This document shows positions 15,942 through 29,831 of a stretch of DNA of 64,000 bases, in pieces (position 1 is the stretch's first letter; each line of letters starts with the position of its first letter). The DNA is from Octopus vulgaris (Eukaryota). The stretch lies in the NCBI GenBank assembly GCA_951406725.2, contig OX597817.1, forward strand, positions 105,896,001 to 105,960,000, in the 5' to 3' direction. A program made the translations under genes and the position numbers. The notes beneath the pieces are model-generated. The model had not been told where the DNA came from. It worked only from the letters and a program-made list of their open reading frames with translations, and did no database searches.

Positions 15942-16735
15942 GAAAATGGAGAAACATACTTAAATCAATAAAACATCAACTATCAGATGATACCCAATCA
16001 ATACTTTATTACACCATTACATATCAGTAAAGGCATTATACAAAATATAAAGTAAATATAAATAGACAAGGAAATAGAAATATAAAATATAAAATATAAT
16101 ATGTAATTATATCATATCTGACAGCTGTTTCGGCAGTAAGGGCAGTCATACCTATTTTAACCTATAAGCCATAAAGGCAGGTATAAATGAGGCATTAACA
16201 AGGATGCCACACGGCCTCTTCAGAGAATTTAATTTGTTATAATTGTTAAAAAAATTATTTTTCCATATACATATAAATATAAAAATATAAAAATGTAAAA
16301 TATAAAATATAAAAACTTGTGCATAAACTCCATAATGCTACACATATATAATACTCATTGATACAATAATGCAAGGTAAACAAAACAAAATAAAACAAAA
16401 TATATATCAGTGTATATATTAATATTAATAAGCACAGTTATTTTACATATTTAGCTAATAGTTCTAAAAACTAACACATAGGGAGATGTATGCGCACTAC
16501 TATTTAAATTAAAATCATCCCTATACCTGAAAATAATAATAATAAAAAAAACCATAGTTCAGTTCATAAAATTATAAGCCTATAAAAGTCAATATAAATT
16601 ACTATTAATATTAATAAAAATAATAATAGATACAGTTAAGTTAGCACCAAGTACATCCATTCAAAATCGAAATAACTATGAGTTTAGTTTTTCTGTCCGC
16701 TTGATATTGATTATTCTAGATTACTCCGATTGGCT
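15935..16735 (-). mobile_element. PLE-like terminal fragment with hammerhead B
   Basis: AT-rich block bounded by (TA)n on both sides, contains hammerhead motif. Confidence 0.55.
16117..16226 (-). ncRNA. Hammerhead ribozyme motif (family B) with long stem-II insertion
   Basis: Minus strand TCT-CTGAAGA-GGC...GCC-GAAA-CAGCTG-TC-AGA; GUC triplet; palindromic CAGCTG; stem I only 3 bp. Confidence 0.7.
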
Positions 16736-16753
16736 ATATATATATATATACAC

Positions 16754-16871
<118 letters not shown>

Positions 16872-17023
16872 CAATTAAGGACTGAACACGAAAAGTGGAC
16901 AGTCAACATGCTAGATATAGACGTCAAATCGCCATTCTCCACAAAAAGTCTATGTTCTCAGATCAAACTCAACACAAAACCAAAGCAATAAACAAGTGAA
17001 AAATATACGAAATAAATATTTAC

Positions 17024-17089
17024 CCATGTACTAAATTTAGTTTCGGCTGTTATTTTCCGCAAGGAAAAGTGCAGCCATCATCAGCATGG
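17024..17089 (-). ncRNA. Hammerhead ribozyme motif (family C)
   Basis: Reverse complement of 17428-17493. Confidence 0.8.
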
Positions 17090-17427
17090 TCCCATATAAA
17101 ATGTAATTTGCTGTACTAAATGCCAACACGATACCGAAATATCGCGTGCATGGAGTACGGCCTATTACATTTGAAATATATATTTCAAATGTCTTTATTT
17201 TGGCGCGATGAGACCCGAGAAAACTAGCCTGCAGCTAATAGTTAGCAGCAGTTAATTTATCGGTTAGAGAACAAATATTTATATAAAATTAAATTTAGGG
17301 TAAAAATTGATATTTATCAATTAGAACCAGTGGTCTAGCATATTAAAAGAACGAATCCGTACTCCATGCACGCGATATTTCGGTATCGTGTTGGCATTTA
17401 GTACAGCAAATTTCATTTTATATGGGA

Positions 17428-17493
17428 CCATGCTGATGATGGCTGCACTTTTCCTTGCGGAAAATAACAGCCGAAACTAAATTTAGTACATGG
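17428..17493 (+). ncRNA. Hammerhead ribozyme motif (family C)
   Basis: CCATG-CTGATGA-T-GGCTG...CAGCC-GAAA-CTAAATTTAG-TA-CATGG: 5-bp stem I, one extra U before stem II, 10-nt palindrome in stem III, GUA triplet. Confidence 0.82.
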
Positions 17494-17735
17494 GTAAATA
17501 TTTATTTCGTATATTTTTCACTTGTTTATTGCTTTGGTTTTGTGTTGAGTTTGATCTGAGAACATAGACTTTTTGTGGAGAATGGCGATTTGACGTCTAT
17601 ATCTAGCATGTTGACTGTCCACTTTTCGTGTTCAGTCCTTAATTGGTACATATAAATATTTTAATCTTCGGATTCTTTCTTTTAATATGCTAGACCACTG
17701 GTTCTAATTGATAAATATCAATTTTTACCCTAAAT

Positions 17736-17776
<41 letters not shown>

Positions 17777-17883
17777 AAAATTCAGGGTGAATACTTGATA
17801 ATTGTAAGCACCTGTATATACCATTTAGTGGTGTAGGTGATAGAGTATATTAATCAAAATGAAAACATGATGCCAAGGATTCA

Positions 17884-17961
17884 GCGGTACATATGTTTCG
17901 GGCCTTTATTAGACGGTTTTATAACAATGCATAATGTGTGTCTATGGCCTTCTTCAGCCGC
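17884..17961 (-). ncRNA. Hammerhead ribozyme motif (family D)
   Basis: Reverse complement of 19287-19364. Confidence 0.78.
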
Positions 17962-19286
17962 GTACAATTACTACTTCAAGGACATGTATTACATTATAAG
18001 TTTTACGTTGGGGATGCAAATCTTCATAGTCGCGTACGACAGAGTGGGGCACCAACACAAAAACGAAGCGTCCATCCCGTCTTTCACTCGATGTAGTATG
18101 AGGAAGTTTGGATGTTGAGATAGAGAGGGAAGGGGTTGGGGAGGGTTGAATCTTTAGTGAGTTAGAGATCACAAAGAGGGAGGGTGGTGGGTGCAAATGG
18201 TAGTAAAAGTGTAAAAAATTACAAAAGAGTAAAAATTTTAAAAATATATAAAAAAGATATAAGAATATTAAAAATATATAAGAATATAAAAAAAAGATAT
18301 AAGAATATAAAGAAATATATAAGAATATAAAAAAAAAGTATCTAAGTATATAAATATATAAATCAATATATAAATATATAAATATCTAAATACACACAGA
18401 CGTGAAAAAAAACATGGTAATATAAATAAATAGGGATAAAGATAAAGCGAGAACTGAGGACGAAAGAAAAAAATAATAAGGATAAGGGATATAAAGGGGT
18501 TAAGAACTAACATGGTGGTCAGAAAGATGACATATTCCGGTTGTTGAAGCCTACGAGCGTAATGGCGGGTGTCATAAATCAACTAGAAAGTCTGGAGATC
18601 AAGTATATGGTCAATTTCGGTTGTCTGGTTTGTGGCTAAACAGTTTATCTACTTCCTCGTAAATTGTCTTTGTTACTAGTGGTCAACATGTACATACGTA
18701 CACGCATGCATACATATACACATATACACATACACATACCCACGTATACACATCCACACGTATATATACATACGTACTCTCGTGTAAAAATACCGACAGG
18801 GGTACGCATATACATACGTCCCGCTACGTACGGATACCTAAGCTTGCACCAGCTAAATACATAAAAGCAAATACAATAACCTGCCTCTGCATACGCACTC
18901 GTATACACACAAATACATACTCACGCATACATATGTAAAGCCCGCCCGTCTACCCACTTATATACGTATATGCGCACATACATAAATATCTCAATATACA
19001 CATACATACGGAAAAAGGTGCATGTAGTTGGGTACAAGAACTGACGCGCATACGTACGTATACACATACACGTACCTACGCACATACAGACACACTCACA
19101 CACATGAGAAAGTAAATCCCTATGCTTATGGACAAAGATATGCATACACCTACACTCACGCCCACACTCACACACATGGGGGAGTTTTTGTGTTGGTGCC
19201 CCACTCTGTCGTACGCGACTATGAGGATTTGATTCCCAAACGTAAAACTTATAATGTAATACATGTCCTTGAAGTAGTAATTGTAC

Positions 19287-19364
19287 GCGGCTGAAGAAGG
19301 CCATAGACACACATTATGCATTGTTATAAAACCGTCTAATAAAGGCCCGAAACATATGTACCGC
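19287..19364 (+). ncRNA. Hammerhead ribozyme motif (family D)
   Basis: GCGG-CTGAAGA-A-GGCC.TAGAC...GTCTA...GGCC-C-GAAA-CATATG-TA-CCGC; A.C mismatch at base of stem II; palindromic CATATG; GUA triplet. Confidence 0.8.
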
Positions 19365-19415
19365 TGAATCCTTGGCATCATGTTTTCATTTTGATATATA
19401 TACATATATATATAT

Positions 19416-19531
<116 letters not shown>

Positions 19532-19770
19532 TAACAATTGAGGATAAAATCTTTAAAAGAAATTATCAGTAGTCAGTGTGAAAAACCTCGTAAGAGAAAA
19601 AATCCGTAAATTCTTCCTCTTTGAAAATATTCATTTATATTATATTGAGGGTACTACTATTCGTAGATACCATCACGCTAAGAGGGACCAATGCGGTCAA
19701 AACTACTAAAAATAAACAAAATTTTACCGAATGCAAAACTTCAAAACACATCATTTTAAAAAAGAATTCA

Positions 19771-19834
19771 GTTACATATCACATGTGATTTCGCATTTAA
19801 TGCAGAATATGCATTTCATGTTCATCAGTGCAAC
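19771..19834 (-). ncRNA. Hammerhead ribozyme motif (family E), tandem copy 1
   Basis: Minus strand GTTGCA-CTGATGA-ACAT.AATGCA...TGCATT.ATGC-GAAA-TCACATGTGA-TA-TGTAAC; 6-bp stem I with one G.U; 10-nt palindrome; AUA triplet. Confidence 0.8.
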
Positions 19835-20269
19835 AAACTCAAGAAATATAAGAGAAAAACATAACATTACAAGCTCGATAGCCAACCGTAGAATTCGTCG
19901 TAGCATGTACGAATGTTTATCTTTACATATCTATGAAAATGGCGGGCTTATTCGCAATGCATTTCGATAACAAATTGTCTAGTCGGAATAAAAATTCAGT
20001 ATTGAACTATTCCGGTGAAAAATATAAATTAACAATTGAGGATAAAATCTTTAAAAGAAATTATCAGTAGTCAGCGTGAAAAACCTCGTAAGAGAAAAAA
20101 TCCGTAAATTCTTCCTCTTTGAAAATATTCATTTATATTATATTGAGGGTACTACTATTCGTAGATACCATCACGCTAAGAGGGACCAATGCGGTCAAAA
20201 CTACTAAAAATAAACAAAATTTTACCGAATACAAAACTTCAATACACATCATTTTAAAAAAAGAATTCA

Positions 20270-20333
20270 GTTACATATCACATGTGATTTCGCATTTAAT
20301 GCAGAATATGCATTTCATGTTCATCAGTGCAAC
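20270..20333 (-). ncRNA. Hammerhead ribozyme motif (family E), tandem copy 2
   Basis: Same motif 499 nt from copy 1. Confidence 0.8.
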
Positions 20334-20735
20334 AAACTCAAGAAATATAAGAGAAAAACATAACATTACAAGCTCGATAGCCAACCGTAGAATTCGTCGT
20401 AGCATGTACGAGTGTTTATCTTTACATACCTATGAAAATGGCGGGCTTATTCGCAATGCATTTCGATAACAAATTGTCTAGTCGGAATAAAAATTCAGTA
20501 TTGAACTATTCCGGTGAAAAATATAAATTAACAATTGAGGATAAAATCTTTAAAAGAAATTATCAGTAGTCAGCGTGAAAAACCTCGTAAGAGAAAAAAT
20601 CCGTAAATACGACGAATTCTACGGTTGGCTATCGAGCTTGTGACGTCGATAATCGCCTGGGGCTAAATGCATCAGTAACACCCCCACCACCCTGCCCTGT
20701 CCCTAGCCACATTCAGATGGCTGATGCCCCTTATG

Positions 20736-20799
<64 letters not shown>

Positions 20800-20879
20800 A
20801 CTCTATTCAAGTTATTACCTCCTTTGGCGTAAGTGTAACTCTCGAACAAAACAGACTGCAACGTAGGAACGCGTTGACA

Positions 20880-21980
20880 CTAGGCAAACAATTTTGAGGA
20901 GAAGGGGAAGTCGATTTCATCGACCCCAGTACTTGACTGATACTTGTTTTATCGACTCTGAGAGGATAAAAACAAAGTCGACTTTGGCAGTATTTGAACT
21001 CAAGAACGTAAAGCCTAAAAAAATGCCGCTAAGTATTTTGTCCTGTGTGTTAACATTTTCGACCAACTCGCCGCCTTGGTTTTCTAATTTTGGCATAGAG
21101 CCAACAGATTTTGAAGAGAGGGATAAGTGGATTACATCGTCTGCAGTACTTGACTGATACTTGTCCTATTGATACCGAAAGGAAGAAAAGCAAAGCTAAC
21201 CTTGGCGACATTTGAACTGGAGTATACAGCTGAAAGAAATGCCAATGAACATTTTGTCCGGCGTACAAACGATTCTGCCACCTTGTCGCCTGAGTAATGA
21301 AAATAATCCTTTCTACTATCGGCACAAGAACTGAAATTTCGTAGGATGGGGCTAGTCGATTACATCAACCCCATTGCTCAACTGGTACACATTTTACCAC
21401 GGATGAAAAGTAAAAGAAGAACGTAAAGACGTGGTAACGATTCTGCCAGCTAGCAGCCTTCAATAATTATAATAATAATATTGATTTCAAATTTTAGCAC
21501 AAGGTCATTAATTTCGGGCCGGCGTGCTAACGATTCTGCCAGTTCGTTGCCTTCAATAATAAGGGAGGCGAGCTGGCAGAATCGTTAGCACGCCGGGCGA
21601 AATGCTTAGCGGTATTTCGTCTACCGTTACGTTGTTAGTTCAAATTCCGCCGAGGTCGACTTTGCCTTTCATCCTTTCGGGGTCAATTAAATATGTACCA
21701 GTTACGCATTGGGATCGATATAATCGACTCAATCCGTTTGTCTGTCTTCGTTTGTCCTCTCTGTGTTTAGCCCCTTGTGGGTAGTAAAGAAATAAATATT
21801 TCGTCTGCCATCATGTTCTGAGTTTACATTCCGCCGGGGTCAACTTGCCTTTCATCCTTTCGGGGGTCGATTAAATAAGCACCAGTTACGCACTGGGGTC
21901 GATGTAATCGACTTAATCCCTTCGTTCGTCCTTGTCTGTTCCTTCTATGTTTAGCCCCTTGTGGGCAATAAAGAAATAAA
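20880..21980. mobile_element. Cluster of tRNA-derived SINEs in both orientations
   Basis: Head ggcgagctggcagaatcgttag, B-box-like gagttcaaattcc, body gaggtcgactttgcctttcatcctttcgggg. The same family recurs near 6740-6930, 11050-11260, 31955-32160, 33800-34100, 37540-37895, 51470-51655 and 60590-60795. Confidence 0.8.
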
Positions 21981-22524
21981 TGATAATATTATTTTTTGTG
22001 TCTGATAGTCACTATTCAGAAATAGCATGAACCCACCAACTTAAAGTTCAGCCTGCTTAATACATATTTTCTAAGTGAGGATTATTCAATTTTGACAATA
22101 TTTTATCATGATACTGCAAGAGTAGAATTATTATAAAGAAATTTACCATTTTTGTTGGGTGCGCAACACGCATCAAGTACACTCATCATTTATACCCCTA
22201 CTGTTCCGTTAGACGTGGAAGAACTTAATGCAAATTAATGCCCTAAAGGAGTGTTAAAGGAACACGGTTTAAGTTCTTGTAAAATTTAGAAACAGACAAT
22301 TTACTCACTCCACATCTGTCACCCTTTTGCTGCTGACTTTCTGCTTCAGCACATTTTAACTCTAACAAGAGTTCCTACTCCTATGTCGCTATTTCTCTCG
22401 TGACACAAAAGAGGAGTGGCTTCCTTTCTGTCTGCCAGTCCACTCGTCAATCTGTCTGTCTGCTTCTCTCTCTCTCTCCCTTTCTCTCTCCTCCTCTAAC
22501 TCTCTCTACCTCTTTCTCTTCCAC

Positions 22525-22639
22525 ATATAAACACACACACGCACACACATGCATACATACATAAATACATGCATACATACATACATACATATATACATAC
22601 ATACATACATACATACATACATACATACATACATACATG

Positions 22640-22716
<77 letters not shown>

Positions 22717-22827
22717 CTGTAAATGTAATATGTGACAATTATTCGGTTACCATGATAAAAATTTGTAGGTACGTGTGCGTCTGTGTGTGTGCAAATATAT
22801 ATATATATATTTGCACACACACAGACG

Positions 22828-22860
<33 letters not shown>

Positions 22861-23045
22861 TTGCACACACACAGACGCACACATACCTACAAACATACAT
22901 ACAAACATGCATGCATGCATGCATACATACATACATACATACATACATGCATACATACATACATGCAAACATACATGCAAACATACATACATGCATACAT
23001 ACATACCTACATGCATACATGCATACATGCATACATACATGCTTA
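22525..23045. repeat. Compound (CATA)n/(CA)n/(TA)n microsatellite
   Basis: Read directly; similar tracts at 154-280, 615-750, 11812-11910, 24860-25130, 38985-39300 and 39795-40095. Confidence 0.97.
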
Positions 23046-23502
23046 TGCACATTATATTTCGCATCAGTTTAACAAAAATAATTTAGTTTATATTTACAAA
23101 GAAAATAAATCTACATAATTTTCCTCCAGTAATGTAGACGATAAAATATTCATCGCTAAACTGTTTCAACAGCTATTGCTGTTTAAAGTTCATTTTAAGT
23201 TACAGTTGTTATTTAGGCCTATATCAGCTTTGATCGAGAAGAGCTGTGAACAAGAGCATTCTGGCGGCAGACATGCTGTCTTTTCACTCGTAGTTTATAT
23301 CATGTTACATTACCGAATGTGCCCTTCCATCTTCCTCAGCTAGATATGACTTGCGATAATTTTGGTTGTTGTTTTTAGCATGTTGGGAGACCATATAGAG
23401 GTTATCTCGTTCACTTGTTATTCCAATGTTCTAGTGACTCAAAATACCCAGCAACATTAACTGGAGTAGCAAACTTTTATGTCTTTCATATATATTATAA
23501 TT

Positions 23503-24643
23503 TTTGGCTGCCAATTTTCAAACTCTTCAATTTCTGTTCCAATTGATTTCATATTCGGTGTAATGATATAGTTTTATATGCTAATCAATGCCTTGAAATT
23601 CATTTTCGCCGTAAATCAATGAATAAAGAGTTATTAGCTTTTTAAGTGAGGAAATTTTGGGTAATTTTAGCCAATCGTAAGCCAAAGATACATCCATTCC
23701 CGTTTCCATAGTAACAAGGCTAAGCATGAGAACTCTTTTGTCTGCGAGAAAGTATGTGTTGACAAATATATTCTATTCATTGAAGTAGTGGCGACATGTG
23801 CTAAAAATTTACTGCTAAATAGGCCTTAAATGACGTACCCACCAATTTTTTTTATTTTGGGTTTTGAATAATCATATGAATTCCCGAGCATAGAAAACAA
23901 ATTTGCAAAAAATTTCTGAAAAATCCAAAATATGAAAAATTTACGAGGGGTTATATGGTGTGTGTAAAGCAGAATTCCGACAGTATTTCATTTGTTTACA
24001 GGCAGCGAGCTGGCAGAAACATCAGCACACCGGGCGAAATGCATAGCGGTATTTCGTCTGCCGTTACGTTCTGAGTTCAAATTCCACCTAGGTCGACTTT
24101 GCCTTTCATCCTTTCGGGGTCGATTAAATAAGTACCAGTTACGCACTGGGGTCGATATAATCGACTTAATCCGTTTGTGTGTCCTTGTTTGTCCTCTCTG
24201 TGTTTAGCCCCTTGTGGGTAGTAAAGAAATAGAAATAGGTATTTCGTCTGCCGTTACGTTCTGAGTTCAAATTCAGCCTAGGTCGACTTTGCCTTTCATC
24301 CTTTCGGGGTCCGATAAATTAAGTACCAGTTGCGTACCGGAGTCGATCTAATCGACTGGCCCCTCCCCCAAAATTTCGTGCTAGAGTAGAAAAGGAAAAA
24401 AGAAAAGTATTTCATTTGATTACAGTTGTATTTCATTTGTTTGTGCTGTCACACAAAATGACAACTTCCAAATCCTGTTTTTCTGATTGAGTGAAAATTA
24501 TCAAACTTTAGACGTCTATAACTTTTTTTTTTAATTCAGAAAAAAGTGAAATATCTACTGACATTCAATTTGGAAAACTACATTAATGTATCAAATTTTA
24601 AAATTTTCAATAAACTTTAAATTTTCGGAAATTGGCAGCCAAA
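23503..24643. mobile_element. MITE with TTTGGCTGCCAATTT terminal inverted repeats, interrupted by a SINE dimer (about 24000-24395)
   Basis: tttggctgccaattt at 23503 and aaattggcagccaaa ending 24643; looser similarity extends inward. Confidence 0.65.
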
Positions 24644-25047
24644 CTGAAAATGATGGTTTATAAAATAGACAGAACGTTTCAAATTAGGGGATGGGCATCG
24701 TGGTTTTTATCCACTTTCGTACCTTTTTTGTTTCTTTTTATCAACCCAAGTAAAATGACAGGTAAAAATTAACATCGGCGGAATTTTAACCCAGAACATA
24801 AATGTACACAACTGAATACCGCAAAGCATCTATCTGGCACTCTCCCTATTCTGTCATATACGTATGTGTATGTGTGCGCGTACGTGTACATACATACATA
24901 CATACATACATACATACATACATACATACATACATACATACATACATGCATACATGCATGCATGTATACATACATACATACATACATGCATACATACATA
25001 CATGCATACATACATACATACGTACAAACATACATACATACATAAAT

Positions 25048-25117
<70 letters not shown>

Positions 25118-25196
25118 GCATGCATACATAGCCTCAGACCGACCAAAGCCTTGTGCATGGATTTGGTAGACAGAAACTGAAAGAATCCCGTCGTAT

Positions 25197-27975
25197 ATGT
25201 ACATGTATGGAGAAACAGGGGAAGGATGCAGGTTCGCTCATCCCAGGCCCTATGGAAATTGCATCAAACCCACTCGACCAAAATGCCTTAACCAAAACCA
25301 GAACAAATACAAGCTGCCCCAGAAATATGCAGACATAGTGCGTAATGCCCCAACAAGGAGAAGGCGCACATTTGCAGAGGAAATGCAGACGGCGGCAGCA
25401 GAACAAAGAAATTTTGTGGAAATGGCAGAGAAAATTGTGGGACAACTGGCCTGGATACATCGTCTTCAGAGCCAGGGGCACTCACAACAGCACTCAAGAC
25501 CACCACAATCAAGGGACCCAGGGTGGCCACCGCTGACGCCGGCCCAGGTGCCACACCGTCAGCCTTTATTGACACCCCGGGTGTCTCACCAGTGCTTCAA
25601 CTTAGTAGAGGTAATGATATATGGTATGAGAGAGTTAGTTGAGACGCAGCCATTAGAAAATACCACAGGCCTATCCAGTCTAAACTTCCATAAGGCAAAC
25701 TGGAAGAAGATCAACGAAGAGATCCGAAAACATGACTGGAGTGACTTCATCACCACACAAGACACCAACACACATTTCCAACATTTCATGACAACAATAC
25801 AGAACATATGCCATAAGTTTGTCCCGGAGAAAAAAGCCAGCGGGCATAGGAACGTTATTCCCAGAGACAGGAAAATACTTATGAGGCGAAGAGCTAAGCT
25901 CTCGAAGCAACTGAATACACGGCAGAGAAACAATGAGGGACTCCACCTGAAACTTTTGAAACGGAAACTGCACTCAAACTTTCCTATGAGAAGGAGAGGG
26001 CAGAGAGAGAAGCCAGGGCCATAGAGAATATTAAAACAAACCCTAAAGCCTTCTTTAAATTTGCGAAAGAAACCACCTCGGTACACTGCAAGATTGGCCC
26101 ACTCTTTGATAAAAAGGGCTCTCTAACTGAGGACCCCAAGGGATAAGTGAAATACTAAAGGAACAGTATAAAAGTGTGTTCACATCCCCTCTGGGGCACA
26201 TGCAAATCACAAACCCAGAAGTTTTCTTTGATGCCACAACACTCCAAAACCAAACAACAACCATCGACCACATAGACATAACAGAGAGGGATGTAATATC
26301 TGCCATAGAAGAAATGAGAATAAACTCAGCTGCTGGACCAGATGGATTCCCAGCAGTCCTCCTAAAGACATGCAGGCATGCCCTAGCGGGACCACTGAAG
26401 AAGCTCTTCAGTGGTTCCTTGGCTAACGGTAAACTGCCCAGGGCGCTAAAAGAAGGCACCATATGCCCTATCCACAAAGGAGGGAGTAGAGCAGAGGCCA
26501 AAAACTACAGGCCAGTCTCCCTGACGTCACACATAAGTAAGGTCATGGAACGAATCATCAGAAAAAAACTGATCACGTTCCTCGAAGAAACTAACCGTCT
26601 CACTGACACACAGCATGGCTTTCGCCCAGGAAGAAGCTGCCTTACGCAGCTGTTACAACACTACGACTGGGTACTGAAACAACTACTGGATCGCTCACAG
26701 GTGGATGTGGTATATCTCGACTTTGCGAAGGCCTTTGACAAAGTCGACCACGGAGTGATATGTCACAAATTACTCAGACTCGGCATAACAGGAAAAGTAG
26801 GTGAGTGGATACATGACTTCCTGAAGGACAGAAGCCAGATGGTTGCAGCCAATGGAGCCCTCTCGGGAAAGACACCAATAGCAAGCGGGGTGCCACAGGG
26901 CACAGTCTTGGGACCCTTGCTGTTTTTGGTGGCGCTCTCTGACATGCCCTTGGTAGCACAAACAACATCCCTCACTAGCTATGCTGATGACACAAAGGTA
27001 GCACAGGCAATCAAAAACCCAGCTGATGCTGACCTTTTACAACAAGATCTGGATGCCATATACAAATGGGCTGAAGACAACAATATGCAATTTAATGCTG
27101 GTAAATTTCAAGCCTTACAATATCAAGCTGTAAACACATATACATTACAACACAACTATACTGGTCCAGGAGGGATCGAAATCCCAGTATCGAAATCAAT
27201 ACGGGACCTGGGGATAGACATGAGTGACGATGCATCTTTTTCTTCACACATCGCGAAGGTGGCGACAATGTGCAGACGACTCACTGGCTGGATCCTGAGG
27301 ACATTCCGGACAAGAGACTGCGAGACCATGTTGACACTATGGAGGACATTTGTCCTAAGCCGCCTGGACTACTGCTCCCAACTGTGGTCACCGCATAGTG
27401 TCAAACTAACCACAGAGCTCGAGACAATCCAAAGACATTTCACCAAGAGGATTTCCACCATGAAAGAAAAGAACTATTGGGAGAGGCTTAGGGAACTCAA
27501 TTTGTACTCCTTGGAACGAAGACGAGAGAGATATGCAGTGATATACATATGGAAAATCCTGGAGGGACTAGCACCAAATTTTGGAATTGAGAGCTGTTCC
27601 AATCCCCGTACAGGACGTCACTGTGTGGTGCCAAAGGTCCCGTCTTCCACATCCAGGGTAAGGAGCAGATACTGTAATAGCCTGGGGTTCAGGGGCCCTC
27701 AGCTTTTCAACAAACTGCCAAGAAAACTAAGAGATCTACATGATGCGGATGTGGACATTTTCAAAAAACATCTAGACAAGCTGCTTTCCGGGATCCCAGA
27801 TGAACCCACTGCAAGGTACGAAGGTAACCTAAGGGCAGCAGCTACAAACTCTCTCTTAGATCAGTGGCCAGCCACGGCAAACTGGACTTAGAGAGGGTAG
27901 CAACAAGGGCGGTGCCCCAGCATGGCCTCAGCCGGATGGCTGAAACAAGTAAAAGAGTAAAAGAGTAAAAGAGTA
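25197..27975 (+). mobile_element. CR1/L2-group LINE, internally deleted, inserted inside a SINE
   Basis: ORF1-like remnant (C.YG..GEGCRFAHP), linker LNFHKANWKKI, RT ORF, 3' tail (GTAAAAGA)3; SINE halves at about 25130-25196 and 27976-28160. Confidence 0.9.
26176..27891 (+). CDS. LINE reverse transcriptase (ORF2 C-terminal part, 571 aa)
   Basis: AAGPDGFP, NYRPVSLTSHISKVMER, QHGFRPGRSC, YLDFAKAFDKVDH, SGVPQGTVLGPLLF, YADD, SRLDYCSQLWSP; upstream part frameshifted, endonuclease absent. Confidence 0.93.
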   Translation: MFTSPLGHMQITNPEVFFDATTLQNQTTTIDHIDITERDVISAIEEMRINSAAGPDGFPAVLLKTCRHALAGPLKKLFSGSLANGKLPRALKEGTICPIHKGGSRAEAKNYRPVSLTSHISKVMERIIRKKLITFLEETNRLTDTQHGFRPGRSCLTQLLQHYDWVLKQLLDRSQVDVVYLDFAKAFDKVDHGVICHKLLRLGITGKVGEWIHDFLKDRSQMVAANGALSGKTPIASGVPQGTVLGPLLFLVALSDMPLVAQTTSLTSYADDTKVAQAIKNPADADLLQQDLDAIYKWAEDNNMQFNAGKFQALQYQAVNTYTLQHNYTGPGGIEIPVSKSIRDLGIDMSDDASFSSHIAKVATMCRRLTGWILRTFRTRDCETMLTLWRTFVLSRLDYCSQLWSPHSVKLTTELETIQRHFTKRISTMKEKNYWERLRELNLYSLERRRERYAVIYIWKILEGLAPNFGIESCSNPRTGRHCVVPKVPSSTSRVRSRYCNSLGFRGPQLFNKLPRKLRDLHDADVDIFKKHLDKLLSGIPDEPTARYEGNLRAAATNSLLDQWPATANWT

Positions 27976-28304
27976 TGTGCGCGTGTGTGTGTCCATCACC
28001 GTTTGAGAACCGGTGTTGGTGTGTTTACGTCCCCGTAACTTAGCTGTTCGGCAAAAGGGTTCGATAGAATAAGTAATAGGTTTAAGAAATAAGTCCTGGG
28101 GTTGATTTGGTCGGCTAAAACTCTTTAAGGCGGTGCTCCTGCATAGCCGCAGTCAAATGCAAATTACGTTCATTATCACTGGCATGGTAGAATAGGAGAT
28201 GGGAGAATGTGAGTTGTATTAAGAGTAGACAGACGGTCGATGACAAGATGGAGATAATGGTTAAACATACCCTCCATAAATAGGCAGATATACACGAGCA
28301 CCTA

Positions 28305-29831
28305 CAGTGGGTGGGTGAGGCCTTAAGGGACTACGAAGCGGTGGCAGGAGCGAAAGTCAACCGGGATAAATCGGTCGGCTTGCAACTCGGCACCTGGAGG
28401 GGCAAGTCGATGTCTTCCGACAGCGTCGTAGGACGTTGGACGGAAGGACCGGTGAAAATGCTTGGGATCTGGTTAGGTCCAGATCTCCAGATAGAGAAGA
28501 ACTGGAGCGAGGTGGCGAGAAAGATGGCTCTCCTAACTCAGACATGGTCTGAACGGAATCTGTCCTTGAAAGGGAAGGCGGAGGTTGCAGAAGTGTTTAT
28601 CGCCTCTGTAATCACTTACCGCCTAACCGTAGTGCCTTGCCCCGATTCGTGGCTGAACAAACTGGAACGCATGCTCTTTCGCTTTTTGTGGAGGGGCAGC
28701 AGACCTCTTGTAAGGCGCTCTATTTGCTGCCAAAAGCCGCTGAACGGTGGGTTAGGGATGCCGTGGCTAAAAATGCGCAGACATGCGCTCAGGCTTAGGC
28801 ACCTCTGGATTTACCTGGACGGTGAGCAGGTGTGGTCTCCGTTTGTCAAGCTGTTATTTCCACAGTTCACATCGTTTAACGAACTGAACCCATGGATCAA
28901 GTGTAGACCGAGGTTGGGCATGTGGCATGCAGAGTGCTATCAGGCACTCGTGCTTCTCTCCCAGTCGGGCAACGCCGGTGGCGGGGCTACTACCGCGTTC
29001 TTCTATAGAGGGTTAGTAGAGTTTAAGTGTGACGACGTCCTAGGAGAAACTCTGGGCTTCGACGAAAATCAACTGGCCAGCCTGTTCCAAAGAACATTCG
29101 GTCCGGGGCCTATGGATAATTACCAAAAGTCCCTGGCCTGGCAATGTTACAGAGGAGCTTTACCGGTTCGAGATAAGCTCTTTAGACATGGGTGTGCACC
29201 TTCGCCGGTTTGTGCAAGATGTAAGAGGGACAGTGAAACTGTCCTGCACGCGATTGTGCAATGCCCCAAGGTGACTGAACTCTGGACTTATGTCGAACAC
29301 CTGCTGTCGCATTCGAGAAGAGTACAACTGTCGAGCGAATCTGTAATTAAGATAGTTCCGCCGACCTTCCTGAATAGGGAGGAGCGAGCCTGTTTTCTTT
29401 CGGTAGTTGCTATGGCGAAAGAAGTAGTGTGGAAGACGAGAGTAAAAGGAATTGCAACAGGCATGTTTATCTCCAGTCTCGAGCTAATCGACTTTTTCGT
29501 TTTCCACATGAAACGGAAAATAAGGCTGGAGAAGAAATGCCTGTCGCAAAGTGTGTTTCGTAAAAGATGGAAGTCTATAGCAAGTATGTTGCGAGTGAAA
29601 GAACCTATTTAATCGAGAATGTAAAAAAGGATAAAGCAAAGTCTTAAGTGTGAGTATGTGGTTTGTGGGGTCGACCGCGTCCTCCGCTTCATTTTTTGTT
29701 AATCACTCATTCTCATTTAATTGTATATATATTAATTGTTTGTTTATTCATGTTTCGTCTCATTCGATACCCTGACCCCAACGTTTGTTTTGTCCCCTCT
29801 TTTTCTCAACCTTATGGTGAATAAAGAAATA

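Larger units (their letters stand above)
17775..19395. mobile_element. PLE-like insertion with about 210-bp inverted repeats (17853-18064 / 19184-19395)
   Basis: Near-identical inverted arms each with hammerhead D; non-coding interior; (TA)n flanks. Confidence 0.7.
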
